Shown: piece after piece, positions 42,025-53,918 of the stretch
Position numbering within the stretch: the stretch's first letter is position 1
How the letters are laid out: each line of letters starts with the position of its first letter
Assembly: GCF_006345805.1 (NCBI RefSeq)
Contig: NC_043001.1
Location: forward strand, 68,386,001-68,450,000
Direction of reading: 5' to 3'
From: Octopus sinensis
Lineage: Eukaryota
Length of the DNA: 64,000 bases
Notes under the pieces: model-generated
The model's database searches: none
What the model was told of the DNA's origin: nothing
What the model saw: only the letters and a program-made list of their open reading frames with translations
Position numbers and translations under genes: made by a program

Positions 42025-42132
42025 TTATTTATCGATCTATCTATCTATCTTTACAGATACACTAACGCGCATGCAGAAACCCGCACACACACGACATACT
42101 GACGCAGACAGACAGTCAGACACACAGGCACA

Positions 42133-42163
<31 letters not shown>

Positions 42164-42655
42164 TACACACACACTTATGTTGGTATTTGAAGGTTTTTCT
42201 TTTTATTTGGGGTAAAGAGAGAAAAAGAAACATGAAAGAAGATGGAAAATGATAAAGGAGAGAGAGAGAGGCGAGGGAAAAAGAAAGAGACAAAGAGAAA
42301 GAAGAAGAAGAGATAGACAGAAAAAAAGGGGGGTCTTGAGAGGGGAAATAGAATCTTTGCCTCATTTCCTCGCATTTACTTTTTTGTATCCAAAGTTGGA
42401 AACCTTATTAAGTCATGGCTGTTGAACACAGTGTTGAATAGAAGTTAGAAAGTAAAGAATATATTCTACCATTATACAAGTGAAGGACTAACCATCATCG
42501 GAAGTGAAGCGATGCGGCTCAGAACATTTCCAAATGATAAACTCCTGCAAATTCTTTCATAGATACTTTCCCACATTCTTCACCCCTTTCCCGCCGTTTC
42601 TTTTGTTCCATTCTTTATCAACTCTTTTGTCCACGATTCTACTTTTGTTCTAGCC

Positions 42656-42702
<47 letters not shown>

Positions 42703-42879
42703 CTTCTTCTTCTTCTTCTTCTTCTTCTTCTTCTTCTTCACTTCCTTTAGGTACTGTACTACACGTTAGATCTTCCTTGGAAGCTTCCAGTAATATTATT
42801 CTTCTATGAAGTTTCTAGCCCTTCGTATTTACTATTGTATTTTTGCAAAACAAATTTACTGTTGTGTGTAGCCTCCTGC

Positions 42880-43738
42880 GATATTTCTCAGAACACAATT
42901 TAGCGAATCCGAGAGAAAAGGACGTCGACGAGAATCAACTGGCTGGTCTGTTCTGGAGGACTTTCGGGCCGGAGCATATGAATAATTTCCAAAAATCCTT
43001 CTGGCAGTGCTACAAGGGTGGGTGGAGGTAGCATTGCCGGTTCGGGATAAATTCTACAGGCGTGGAAATGCCGCCAGCCGGGCTTGTCTGAGATGCAAGC
43101 AGAGCGAATAAACTGTTCTGCATGCTTTCGTCCAGTACCTGAGCATTGTTGACTTCCGGATTTATGTAGAACACCTACTGCCACGTGCAGGATAGATCCG
43201 GCTGTCGGCTGAGTCCATTGTAAATATTTTCCCGCCACCTTCCTTTGGCTGAGGAGGGCAAGCAGTGTTTCTTTGCCCGGTGGTCTTAGCTAAAAAGGCT
43301 GTATGGTGCACCAGATGAAAAGGGCTGAAGACACTTACCTCATTGGCCAAGCTCTGATCATTCTTTTCAAGTTTGACTTGAAAAGAAAGTTGGGGGGTAG
43401 AGAGGGAAGTGCTGCCTCCCAGCAATTTTATTGAAAGGTGGAGGAATGCGGCAAAATTCGACCGAGTAAACGGGCCTACTATAAGAATGCACATGTAGAA
43501 TGATGGAGAATGATCGCAACAGTGTATTTGCTCTAGTAGTCAGAGCGACCGAGGTTTGTGGAGTCTCTGTGAGCAGCCCAAGGAAGTCTCCCTCTTTTGG
43601 TGGATTTTTTGTTAAAATTTATAATGTTATCGTCTTTTGTTTCTGTTTACACACTTCAGTTTATGCAACTCCACATTGTATTATTCTCTTCCGTCCCCAA
43701 TGTTTCTTGTGAAAACTTAGTGGTTAATAAAGAAATCA
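42880..43738 (+). mobile_element. L1/Tx1-type LINE 3' fragment (C-terminal CCHC zinc finger, 3'UTR, AATAAA, (ATT)n tail)
   Basis: ALPVRDKFYRRGNAASRACLRCKQSE*TVLHAFVQ... ending VEREVLPPSNFIERWRNAAKFDRVNGPTIRMHM*. Homologous to 51568-51906. Confidence 0.8.
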
Positions 43739-43757
43739 TTATTATCATTATTATATA

Positions 43758-43808
<51 letters not shown>

Positions 43809-44351
43809 GAGTGAGATAGCAGTGAATGCCATTAAAGTGACACTGGGGTAAAATATACGAAGCCCAGTATACCTATCATGACTACCCATCTGATAAGGGT
43901 ACACCAGGCACATGTATCACAACCATATGTGCACGACATGGTGATCTCATATCAAGATAAGCAGCACATGAACTCGCAGATGGGGCCCAGTTAGAATTTT
44001 ATTCAAGTCGAGTAACCCATCTCGCTCAAAAGGTCCCTGAATAAGGATTGTTTAAAGATGTTGAATGAAACACATGTTTCCAGAGGTGAATTATTCAAAC
44101 CCCAAAGATCCCTCTCAACACATGGCTATGATGCTCCCCCACTACTTCTGCTCGTGATCAGAGATGCACATATCATCAGCCACTAAGGACATGCTAAACA
44201 GGTTAAGGTCAAACAACTGACAAGCAAATCTGTGGTATTGGGCAGAATGTTTGCTGTAGCCCATCTTTTATACCAAGACAAAACAATGTACATGATAACA
44301 CTTCCAATCAGTTAAGATCAGAAGCCATGAGAGCCACTGCCTGGTACTGCA
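43809..44351 (-). mobile_element. About 550-bp (AAT)n-tailed non-coding repeat, copy 1
   Basis: Reverse complement of 44787-45341; a partial duplicate follows at 44352-44570. Confidence 0.85.
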
Positions 44352-44621
44352 AAGAATTTCTCTCAGCACACGGCTATGATGATCCCCCACAACATTTGTT
44401 TTGATAAGAGATGCACATATCATCAGTCACCAAGGGAATAGTAAACTGGTTAAGATCAAACAACTGACAAGCAAATCTGTGGTATTGAGCAGAATATTTG
44501 CTGTAGCCCACTTTTTATACCACGATAAAATATATACACGATAAAACTTTCAATCAGTCAGGAGCGAATTTGTGGTATTGAGCAAGCAAATATGTGGTAT
44601 TGCTGAAACAATCTGTGTATC

Positions 44622-44653
<32 letters not shown>

Positions 44654-44720
44654 AATGATAATAATGATAATAATATAATAATGATATAATAATAATAATA
44701 ATAATAATGATAAAATAATA

Positions 44721-44761
<41 letters not shown>

Positions 44762-44786
44762 TGATAATAATAATAATAATAATAAA

Positions 44787-45341
44787 TGCCCTGATGCAGT
44801 ACCAGGCAGTGGCTCTCATGGCTTCTGATCTTAACTGATTGGAAGTGTTATCATGTACATTGTTTTGTCTTGGTATAAAAGATGGGCTACAGCAAATATT
44901 CTGCTCAATACCACAGATTTGCTTGTCGGTTGTTTGACCTTAACCAGTTGAACATGTCCCTTAGTGGCTGATGATATGTGCATCTCTGATCATGAGCAGA
45001 AGTATTGGGGGAGCATCATAGCCATGGGCTGAGAGGGATTCTTTGGGGTTTGAATAATTCACCTCTGGAAACATGGGTGGTTTTTTCAACATCCTTAAAC
45101 AACCCTTATTCAGGGACCGTTTGAGCGGGATGGGCTACTCAACCTGAAGAAAATTCTAACTGGGCCCCACTTGCAAGGTCATGTGCTGCTTATCTTGATA
45201 TGAGATCACTATGTCGCGCACATATGGTTGTGATGCATGTGCCTGGTGTACCTTTATCAGACGGGTAGTCATGATGGGTATACTGGGCTTCGTATATTTT
45301 ACCCCAGTGTCACTTTGATGGCATGAACTGCTCTCTCACTC
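44787..45341 (+). mobile_element. About 550-bp (AAT)n-tailed non-coding repeat, copy 2
   Basis: TGCCCTGATGCAGTACCAGGCAGTGG...CTCTCTCACTC, between two (AAT)n arrays. Confidence 0.85.
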
Positions 45342-45378
<37 letters not shown>

Positions 45379-45387
45379 GTAATAATA

Positions 45388-45731
45388 TATTTCTTTACTA
45401 CCCACAAAGGGTTAAACACAGGGGACAAACAAGGACAGACAAAGGGATTAAGTCGATTACATCGACCCCAGGGCGTAACTGGTACTTAATTTATCGACCC
45501 CGAAAGGATGAAAGGCAAAGAATAATAATAATAATAATAATAATATAATTATAATTCCCTTTTACATTCCGAGTTCAAATTCCGCGACGTGGTCGACTTT
45601 GCCTTTCAACCTTTCGGGGTCGATAAATTAAGTACCAGTTACGCAATGGGGTCTATGTAATCGACTTAATCCCTTTGTTTGTCCTTGTTTGTCCCATCTG
45701 TGTCTAGCCCCTTGTGGTTTGTAAAGAAATA
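45388..45731. mobile_element. Two SINE family A copies with type-II tail (45388-45520 minus, 45562-45731 plus)
   Basis: Family A core followed by GTCCTTGTTTGTCCC..GTGT(C/T)TA(G/A)CCC(C/T)TTGTGG..GTAAAGAAAT. Confidence 0.8.
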
Positions 45732-45953
45732 TATTTATGTGTACGTCACGTCTCAGCTCCAAGAAATTGATGCACTATATATTGCTGATGTCCTTCCTCC
45801 AAGTTCCAGGTTTGTCGATACTCCTACTCTATAGTCTCTTTTCTTTGGCTCACTCCTAATATAACAGTGCTGCTATTCCACAGGATAGATCACAGGCACG
45901 ATACCTTCACTAAAACCTCCAGCCTCATTGATGCCGAAAGGCCATATATATAT

Positions 45954-46094
45954 CTCTCTTTTACTCTTTTACTTGTTTCAGTCATTTGACTGCGGCCATG
46001 CTGGAGCACCACCTTTAGTCGAGCAAATCGACCCCGGGACTTATTCTTTGTAAGTCCAGTACTTATTCTATCGGTCTCTTTTGCCGAACCGCTA
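45954..46094 (-). mobile_element. SINE family B 3' part
   Basis: CTTTTACTTGTTTCAGTCATTTGACTGCGGCCATGCTGGAGCACC...TTTTGCCGAACCGCTAA. Confidence 0.88.
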
Positions 46095-46116
46095 AATATA
46101 TATCTGTATATATATA

Positions 46117-46326
46117 TCCATTCAAAATGTAACCTCGTGTGTACCGTTGGCGATTTCTTCCCCTCCGTCTTCCCTTCTTTGGACCTTTCCTTTTCCTATG
46201 TTTCTGACGAAGAGCTCCGCTCGAAACGTTAAACCCTCCTTCTCTCCTTTCCTGAGCGGCCAATAACACTATACTTGTTCCAAACCTCGCGTTGTGTTTT
46301 CTTTTGTTGTTTTATGTTGGATTAAC
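46117..46326 (+). mobile_element. About 200-bp Penelope-terminal-like module carrying a hammerhead motif
   Basis: Reverse-complement homolog of 18487-18690, flanked by (TA)n. Confidence 0.7.
46200..46234 (+). ncRNA. Candidate minimal type I hammerhead ribozyme
   Basis: Stem I GTTT/AAAC, core CTGACGA plus an extra A, stem II GAGC-TCC-GCTC, GAAA, palindromic ACGT stem III, and a GUU cleavage triplet. Confidence 0.6.
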
Positions 46327-46333
46327 TATATAC

Positions 46334-46366
<33 letters not shown>

Positions 46367-46410
46367 ATATATATTGTATGTATGTATGTATGTATATATA
46401 TATATATATG

Positions 46411-46890
46411 TATTAACCGGTGTTGTTCAAACGATGAATAGCCTACGCGTAAACCAATTGGGACAAGAACGCAAAACATCCAGACAGGTGATACAAGAAA
46501 GGGACAACGAAACATCCTGATAGACGATACAAAGAGAACAAGAACGGGTCATTCGGAATTTTCTTTCCTCAGTCGGGTTCCAGATTATCTTTGCAATTTC
46601 GGCTGGTTATACTCGAGATTGCTCCAATCTGGCCAGCTCCAAGGAAAAACTAAGCCAAGAGCATTAGATTCCTTGGAAGAAAGCAGCGAATGTATACGAA
46701 AACAAGGACAGAAAAATGGAGAATGTTACACAAATACAAATAACAGGACATAACAACAGGTGCATTTCGACTAAGGTTGAATTAAATAAACTGGCTTGTG
46801 TGGAAGTAAAGCCTTACAGCATGGATACAAGATTTCACAGGCAAAAATTTCACAGGCACATGAATATATATATATATATATATACATTAT

Positions 46891-46971
<81 letters not shown>

Positions 46972-47477
46972 GTATGTATCTATATATATATATGTATTAA
47001 CCGGTGTTGTTCAAACGATGAATAGCCTACGCGTAAACCAATTGGGACAAGAACGCAAAACATCCAGACAGGTGATACAAGAAAGGGACAACGAAACATC
47101 CTGATAGACGATACAAAGAGAACAAGAACGGGTCATTCGGAATTTTCTTTCCTCAGTCGGGTTCCAGATTATCTTTGCAATTTCGGCTGGTTATACTCGA
47201 GATTGCTCCAATCTGGCCAGCTCCAAGGAAAAACTAAGCCAAGAGCATTAGATTCCTTGGAGAGAAAAGCAGCGAATGTATACGAAAACAAGGACAGAAA
47301 AATGGAGAATGTTACACAAATACAAATAACAGGACATAACAACAGGTGCATTTCGACTAAGGTGAATTAATAAACTGGCTTGTGTGGAAGTAGTAAAGCC
47401 TTACAGCATGGATACAAGATTTCACAGGCAAAAATTTCACAGGCACATGAATATATATATATATATATATACATTAT

Positions 47478-47547
<70 letters not shown>

Positions 47548-47590
47548 AACGTATATGTGTATACATATATATATATGTACACATATATAT
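46411..47590. repeat. Direct tandem duplication (period 584 bp) of a Penelope-terminal-like module plus microsatellite
   Basis: TATTAACCGGTG at 46411 and 46995; the copies differ mainly by small indels. Relatives occur at about 57990-58400 and 59460-59945. Confidence 0.9.
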
Positions 47591-47657
47591 GTATGTATAT
47601 ATGTTACGCCGTATGTAAACTAACAAGTTTGTTTTCGAAGCGTTGAAATGTATTGTA

Positions 47658-47854
47658 GAACAAGTAGAAACATAATTTTACTGAACGCATTGATACTGAA
47701 CAGTATATATATAAAGGATAACCCCCATCCTTTTTTTAAGGCAGAAAAATTTTGCCGACAAATTTTTCTGCTTTACAAAAAAGAGCATTTTATTCTTCAT
47801 ATATATACAGTTCAGTATCTATGCGTTGAATAAAATTTATCTTTCTACTTGTTC
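47658..47854. mobile_element. Hairpin MITE with about 62-bp TIRs
   Basis: GAACAAGTAGAAACATAATTTTACTGAACGCATTGATACTGAACAGTATATATAT pairs with the 3' end. An inner hairpin GCAGAAAAATTT/AAATTTTTCTGC is also present. Confidence 0.75.
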
Positions 47855-47874
47855 ATGTAATCATGTGTTTACAT

Positions 47875-47928
<54 letters not shown>

Positions 47929-48707
47929 CAGTGTACAAAATATTACCACTATTGCTAGAAACAAGTGTCAAAAAGTCAAAAGCCACATGAAGTTGACGAG
48001 AGGAAGCGAGAAAGTCCCTTACCGTAGTGAGGCAAACTCATAAAAGTAGTATCTGATATATCCATATCATTTGATTTCGAACTCTGATTCATTTAATCTT
48101 AGTTCTCGTCAGTGGAACTTACTGCACGTAGGGTTAAGTATAACTCGCCTCGTCCAACTCATGAGAAAAACCGTTGAAAGCATGCGCGCTAATTCAAGAC
48201 AGTAGGGGAGTATAGTATCAATAATATAGGTGGCTTGTTGGCAACTCAAACCTAAAGGCAAATTGCGAATACACGAATAAAAACATAAACAATGTCATTG
48301 AATCAATATTTTGTCGAGTGTTGTTTGCTTTGCTTGGACGCCTAAAAAAGATTCATATCACTGAAATCAAAACTTTCAAGATCACTTTCTAATCGAGTAA
48401 GAATGTTTCATTTCAGCTGGTGTTGGAACCTCCGGAACTCTTTCATCAACATCAACGTCGAAATCGCCATCTTTATCTCCTTCGGTTTCCTTCTCAGGTT
48501 GCCGAATGTCATGAATGGTCTCGTTTAGTTTTTCTTTATCATTGTAACGTTCTAACATTTAAATGTTTTCTGTCACGGATTTGTCCTGCCTATCTCTTTG
48601 CATTTTGAACATTTTGAATGACTTGTGTGTGTGTGAATGTGAGTGTGTGTGTGTGTCTGCCTCTCTGCACACATGATGAATGACGTGTTTTTTTCGCCCT
48701 TAAATAC

Positions 48708-48899
48708 TGACAAGTGGGCTCCAGCATCCACAACCAACCAGCTGTCACATGGTACACTCCATAAACAAATGAATGAGAAGGGCGCGTAATTTTGACAAGC
48801 GGTGTCCCAAGCCTACTTTTTCGCTTGAATGACAGGGTTGTGTGGTAGGCTCCAGCAGCTACTGCCAGCTACTACATATTGATCTGTCACTTGTTGACA
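48708..48899. promoter_or_regulatory. Possible enhancer: cluster of six TGACA/TGTCA sites
   Basis: Sites at 48708, 48743, 48793, 48830, 48885 and 48895, including TGAATGACAG at 48826. Confidence 0.25.
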
Positions 48900-49485
48900 C
48901 TTTAGGAAGAAGCAGCAACATTTGAATTTACTAAGCAATAGTATGGATTTATTAAACGAGAGATTTGATGTGTACAAATTCCGTCCCAACCCATTTTGAA
49001 TACATTAAGCAGGTGGATTTAGATTTATTATCAGTGGATTTACTTAGCGGGATCTATATATATACACGTATATGTATACATAAATACACACACATATGTA
49101 CGTGCATGTGTGCGTGTGTGTTGATTGCTTCGTCTTCATGACTACAATTGTCACTAGAGTGCTGGGTCACTTTGTGGGATCATTTTACCTGTCTCCCTGT
49201 CACGGGAAACTCAGAACAAGGATGTAAGGTAAAAAGTCCTGCGACCTGTGCAGAGATTCGCATATATATGCCTCCAACTAGTTAGGTATGTAAACGGCAC
49301 CACTACTTTATCTCCGTAGAACTTACATCTGTACGTCTTTGGATTATAGTGATAAATGCTTGTATAACAGAAGTACTACGCTCAGACCGAAGTTAGATGA
49401 ACATTCAGTGATCACGCGGAAATGCTGAACTACTTCAGAATATCCCTATACAAGAAAGATGCTGTGATTATAGAACACACAAACA

Positions 49486-49526
<41 letters not shown>

Positions 49527-50526
49527 TACGTAGGTGCGTACGTACATATGTATGTATGTAAATATATACGCCTGTGCTCATGCATGTGTATGAGTATGCA
49601 TGTCAGTAAGTACGTCTATGTAAAACTGTTTATCTGAAAAGTATATTGTTGTGTCAATCTTCGTTGTAGTGGAAGTTATATATAACCATATATTATACCA
49701 CAACTTACTCTAAATCATTTATGCTAACCATTATTTACAAGTTTTAATAAATGAGCCTTTTTTTAGTTCAACTTCCTCACTGAACTGTCAGCTAATGGTA
49801 ACTATGGTCCTATATTACGTCATAGACAGAATTAAAATGGTGGAGTACTTGTTGTTTTCCCGTTTTCTCAAAAACATATGTAGATAGAGAAACGCAATAC
49901 CGAAAATTAAAGTTTTGGTTGTATATCTTTGACAGTGTTTGATAAAAACATTCTTTTATATACATAAGTGCACAAATACATCTAAGCATCAATAAGTAAA
50001 TTTAAAACACAGCAATGATATCTACATAACTCCAAAATATCCGAGTTAATTCAACGACTTATAGGGGATATTGTAGATAATTGAATTGCCTCCAGGAAGC
50101 AAGGGAGAGTTAGTTTATCACCAGCAGGCAGACTGAAACACGAAACTTGTCTAGTGTTATTTGAATAATGAAGATTGGAGATAAGCCTACAGAAATAAAT
50201 TTGCCTCAACAACTTTACAATTCCTGAAAATCTGGCATTTAATTGTAAGTTAGATAAGACATTGGCGATTACATTGAGTAAAGATGTCTAGTTTGTGAGG
50301 GGATCAAGTTTTACGCGAAGCAGAGAGGAAATTTCTGAACACAATTTGGGCTTTAATTACAGAAAATGTAAAAGATGCTAACGTCAAGTGATCGATAATT
50401 TAATCGAGAATCGATAGGGAAATTGATTAAAATTTTTTAGTCAGCAATGGAGCAAACAACATATCACAGCTAACAAATAAAATGGATGTGAATAAAAATT
50501 AAACACACACACACACACACACACAA

Positions 50527-50561
<35 letters not shown>

Positions 50562-50878
50562 ACACATTATATATATATATATATAATATATATATATATA
50601 TATAATATATATATATATATATAATATATATATGTAAGCATATAAATGTGTGGGCGCATATATATATATATATATATACACGAGTTCATATATACGTATA
50701 TGCGGTCATGGATATATAAATACATTATGTATATAGTGACACACATGCAAACTCATATATTTACGTTTCTGTGTGTGTATATATACATACATACATGCAC
50801 ACACATACATACATACATACATACATACATACATACATACACACACACACATAATATATATAAACGTATATATATATA

Positions 50879-50944
<66 letters not shown>

Positions 50945-51175
50945 CGGTATGTTATTATTTTGCGTAAGAGCTATTTGGAATTTCATTTGTTTCTTAGGGT
51001 AGTGTCTGCTGTTAATTTGCCAATCATTCAATGAATTATTCATTAGTCTGTCATTGTAATGAATAGGCGAGAGAAAAACAACAATGGCGACATCAGCAAG
51101 ACAGCAATAATAATGTAAATGTTAATATAATAATAATAATAATAATAATATAATATATAATAATAATTATATATA

Positions 51176-51228
<53 letters not shown>

Positions 51229-51286
51229 TTAATAATATAATATATAATAATATAATATAATATAATATAATAATAATAATAATAAT

Positions 51287-51474
51287 GGTTCAAATTATGA
51301 CAAAAGACCACCAATTTCAGGAGTAGGAAACAAGGCGATATCGAACCCAGTAATTAATTGGTACGTATTTCATCGACCTCGAAAGGGTGAAAGGCAAAGT
51401 TGACCTCGGCAGAATTTCAACTGAAAACGTAAAGGCAGACGAAATGCTGTTAAACGTGCTTGCTTGCCGTCCTA
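51287..51474 (-). mobile_element. SINE family A copy, diverged
   Basis: GAAAGGGTGAAAGGCAAAGTTGACCTCGGCAGAATTT core, between (AAT)n and (AAC)n. Confidence 0.75.
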
Positions 51475-51476
51475 AT

Positions 51477-51510
<34 letters not shown>

Positions 51511-51567
51511 CCAACAACAACAACAGCAACAACAACAACAACAACAATAATAATAATAATAATAATA

Positions 51568-51905
51568 AATTCGTTTATTAGCCACAAGGGCTTACATAAA
51601 ATTACATTGAGACATACAACAACATAAAGGATAAAAAGCGGATAATACAATGGGTTAAACCCCAATGTGTGAACAATATAATAACAATAAAAAATAAACA
51701 ATTCAAAACTCCCAATAGGGGAGGCCCATTAAGGCCCTCGTGCAAAAAACCCACAAAAGTCACGGGTGCTTGAACAACAGGGCAAGTGCTCTTCTTTTGT
51801 TTACAGATGCACGCTCAGAATTGATCCTTTCATACTGGCCATTCTTCCAACATTCACCCACCTTTCAACAAACTTGCTACAAGGCAACACTTCCCTCTCT
51901 GTCCT

Positions 51906-51906
<1 letters not shown>
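51568..51906 (-). mobile_element. L1/Tx1-type LINE extreme 3' fragment
   Basis: TEREVLPCSKFVERWVNVGRMASMKGSILSVHL*, then 3'UTR ending AGCCCTTGTGGCTAATAAACGAATTT(ATT)n. Confidence 0.75.
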
Positions 51907-51971
<65 letters not shown>

Positions 51972-52500
51972 TGCCCTGATGCAGTACCAGGCAGTGGATC
52001 TCATGGCTTCTGATCGTAACTGATTGGAAGTGTTATGTACATTGTTTTGTCTTGGTATTAAAGATGGGCTACGACAAATATTCTGCTCAATACCACAAAT
52101 TTGCTTGTCAATCTATTTGAGCACATCCCTTAGTGGCTGATGATATGTGCATCACTGATCAGCAGCAGAAGTATTGGGGGAGCATCATAGCCATGTGTTG
52201 AGAGGAATTCTTTGGGGTTTGGATAATTCGCGTTTGGAAACATGGGTGTTTTGTTCAACATCCTTAAGCAACTCTTATTCAGGGACCTTTTGAGTGAGAT
52301 GGGCTACTCGACCTGAAGAAAATTCCCACCTGCAAGGTCATGTGCTGTTTATCTTGATATGAGATCACCCTGTCGCGAACATATGGTTGTGATGCATGTG
52401 CGTGGTGTATCCTTATCAGACAGATAATCATGATTGGTTTATTGGGCTTCGTAAATTTTACCCCATTGTAACTTTGATGGCATGCACTACTCACTCACTC
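51972..52500 (+). mobile_element. About 550-bp (AAT)n-tailed non-coding repeat, copy 3
   Basis: Homologous to 44787-45341, with (AAT)n on both sides. Confidence 0.85.
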
Positions 52501-52503
52501 AAG

Positions 52504-52581
<78 letters not shown>

Positions 52582-52583
52582 TT

Positions 52584-52624
<41 letters not shown>

Positions 52625-52649
52625 TAATGAAGATAATAATAATAATAAT

Positions 52650-53870
52650 CGCCTTTACCTTCCCAGAGTCCAAGGAGGTCGAGGCCTGATCCAATTTGAA
52701 CTAGCTTACAAAACAACCACAATTGGACTGGCCAAATATCTCGAAATATCGAATGACTGGATGCTAAAGCTCGTGGAAAATCACGAGAGACGAAAGAAGC
52801 TTCATTCTATCATAAAGGAAAGCAAAAAATTTGCTATTGATCTCGTGCAGGATACCCAAACAGAACAACCCGAGGAAAGTACGGCAATTATTGTTGCAAA
52901 GAAGGTGAAAATAATGGCAACGAAAAAGCGCACGAGCAATTGGCTGATAGGTGGAGGAGAAACCTCTGCAGGCAAATATGTGACCCGCAGCAAACAAGCT
53001 GATGTTGACCAGAAGCAAACCCATCAGTGTCTACGGAGCTCAGGGCTAAAAGCAGAGAGCGAAGGTTTCATCCTGGCTGCTCAAGATCAAGCCTATTAAC
53101 CGGAACTACCAGGCCACATGTGAATAAAAATGGAGCAGACCCAAAATGCCGATCTGCAACGACATGATTGAAACAGTGGACCACCTAATCTCTGGATGTA
53201 AAGTCTTAGCTCAGTGGAGTATAAATTAAGACATGACAGAGTTGCCAATATCTCCACTGGCTAATAATCGGCATTACAATATCAAAACTGGCCGACCAGT
53301 GGTATAATCACCACCCTGAGGCTGTAACTGAAGGAGAAAATGTAACCATTCTGTGGGACTTTCCACTACATACAGACCGAACCATCAAGGCCAATAACCA
53401 GATATGTTGTGAAAGACCAAAACAATAAAGTTTGCTTATTGATCGACATGAGCATCCCTGTGAATAATATCTCAGCGAAAGAGTTTGACAAGCTCAGAAA
53501 ATAAAGACCTACTCATTGAAATTGAGAAAATGTGGCATCTCAAGGCGGTTACGATACCAGTGATCGTAGGAGCACTAGGAATGATCAAGAAGGGAACCGG
53601 AAATTATATGAGAATGATCCCTGGCTTACCATCCCTGCAAGAAGTGCAAAAGATTGTCTTAACTGGTACATCACACGTATTGAGAAGAGCATTGTCGATG
53701 TAAGAACTGTTGCTGCTCATGTATTTTAATTTAACTTAAAAAAAAAAAAATGAACGAACTATTGAGTTTGGATTAATGGCCTACCAATGTATACTATGAG
53801 TTTCTTTGCCCTAGGAGTCGGGAAGACACTCGGCAAGAAATGGAAGCAAATTTCAAAGAAGAAAAAAAAA
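52650..53870 (+). mobile_element. R4/Dong-clade RLE retrotransposon, 3' part (thumb, CCHC, RLE, 3'UTR)
   Basis: RLYLPRVQGGRGLIQ, GLKAESEGFILAAQDQA, DPKCR..ETVDHLISGC, VTILWDFPLHTDRTIKAN, DLLIEIEKMWHLKAVTIPVIVGALG, VLTGTSHVLRRALSM* (53703). (AAT)n lies on both flanks. Confidence 0.92.
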
Positions 53871-53909
<39 letters not shown>

Positions 53910-53918
53910 TAATAATAA

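Noticed and set aside
42900-43494. Two minus-strand ORFs (112 and 110 aa) in a GC-richer island that looked like host exons
   Set aside because: The plus strand encodes the LINE C-terminal zinc-finger region; these ORFs are its antisense shadow.
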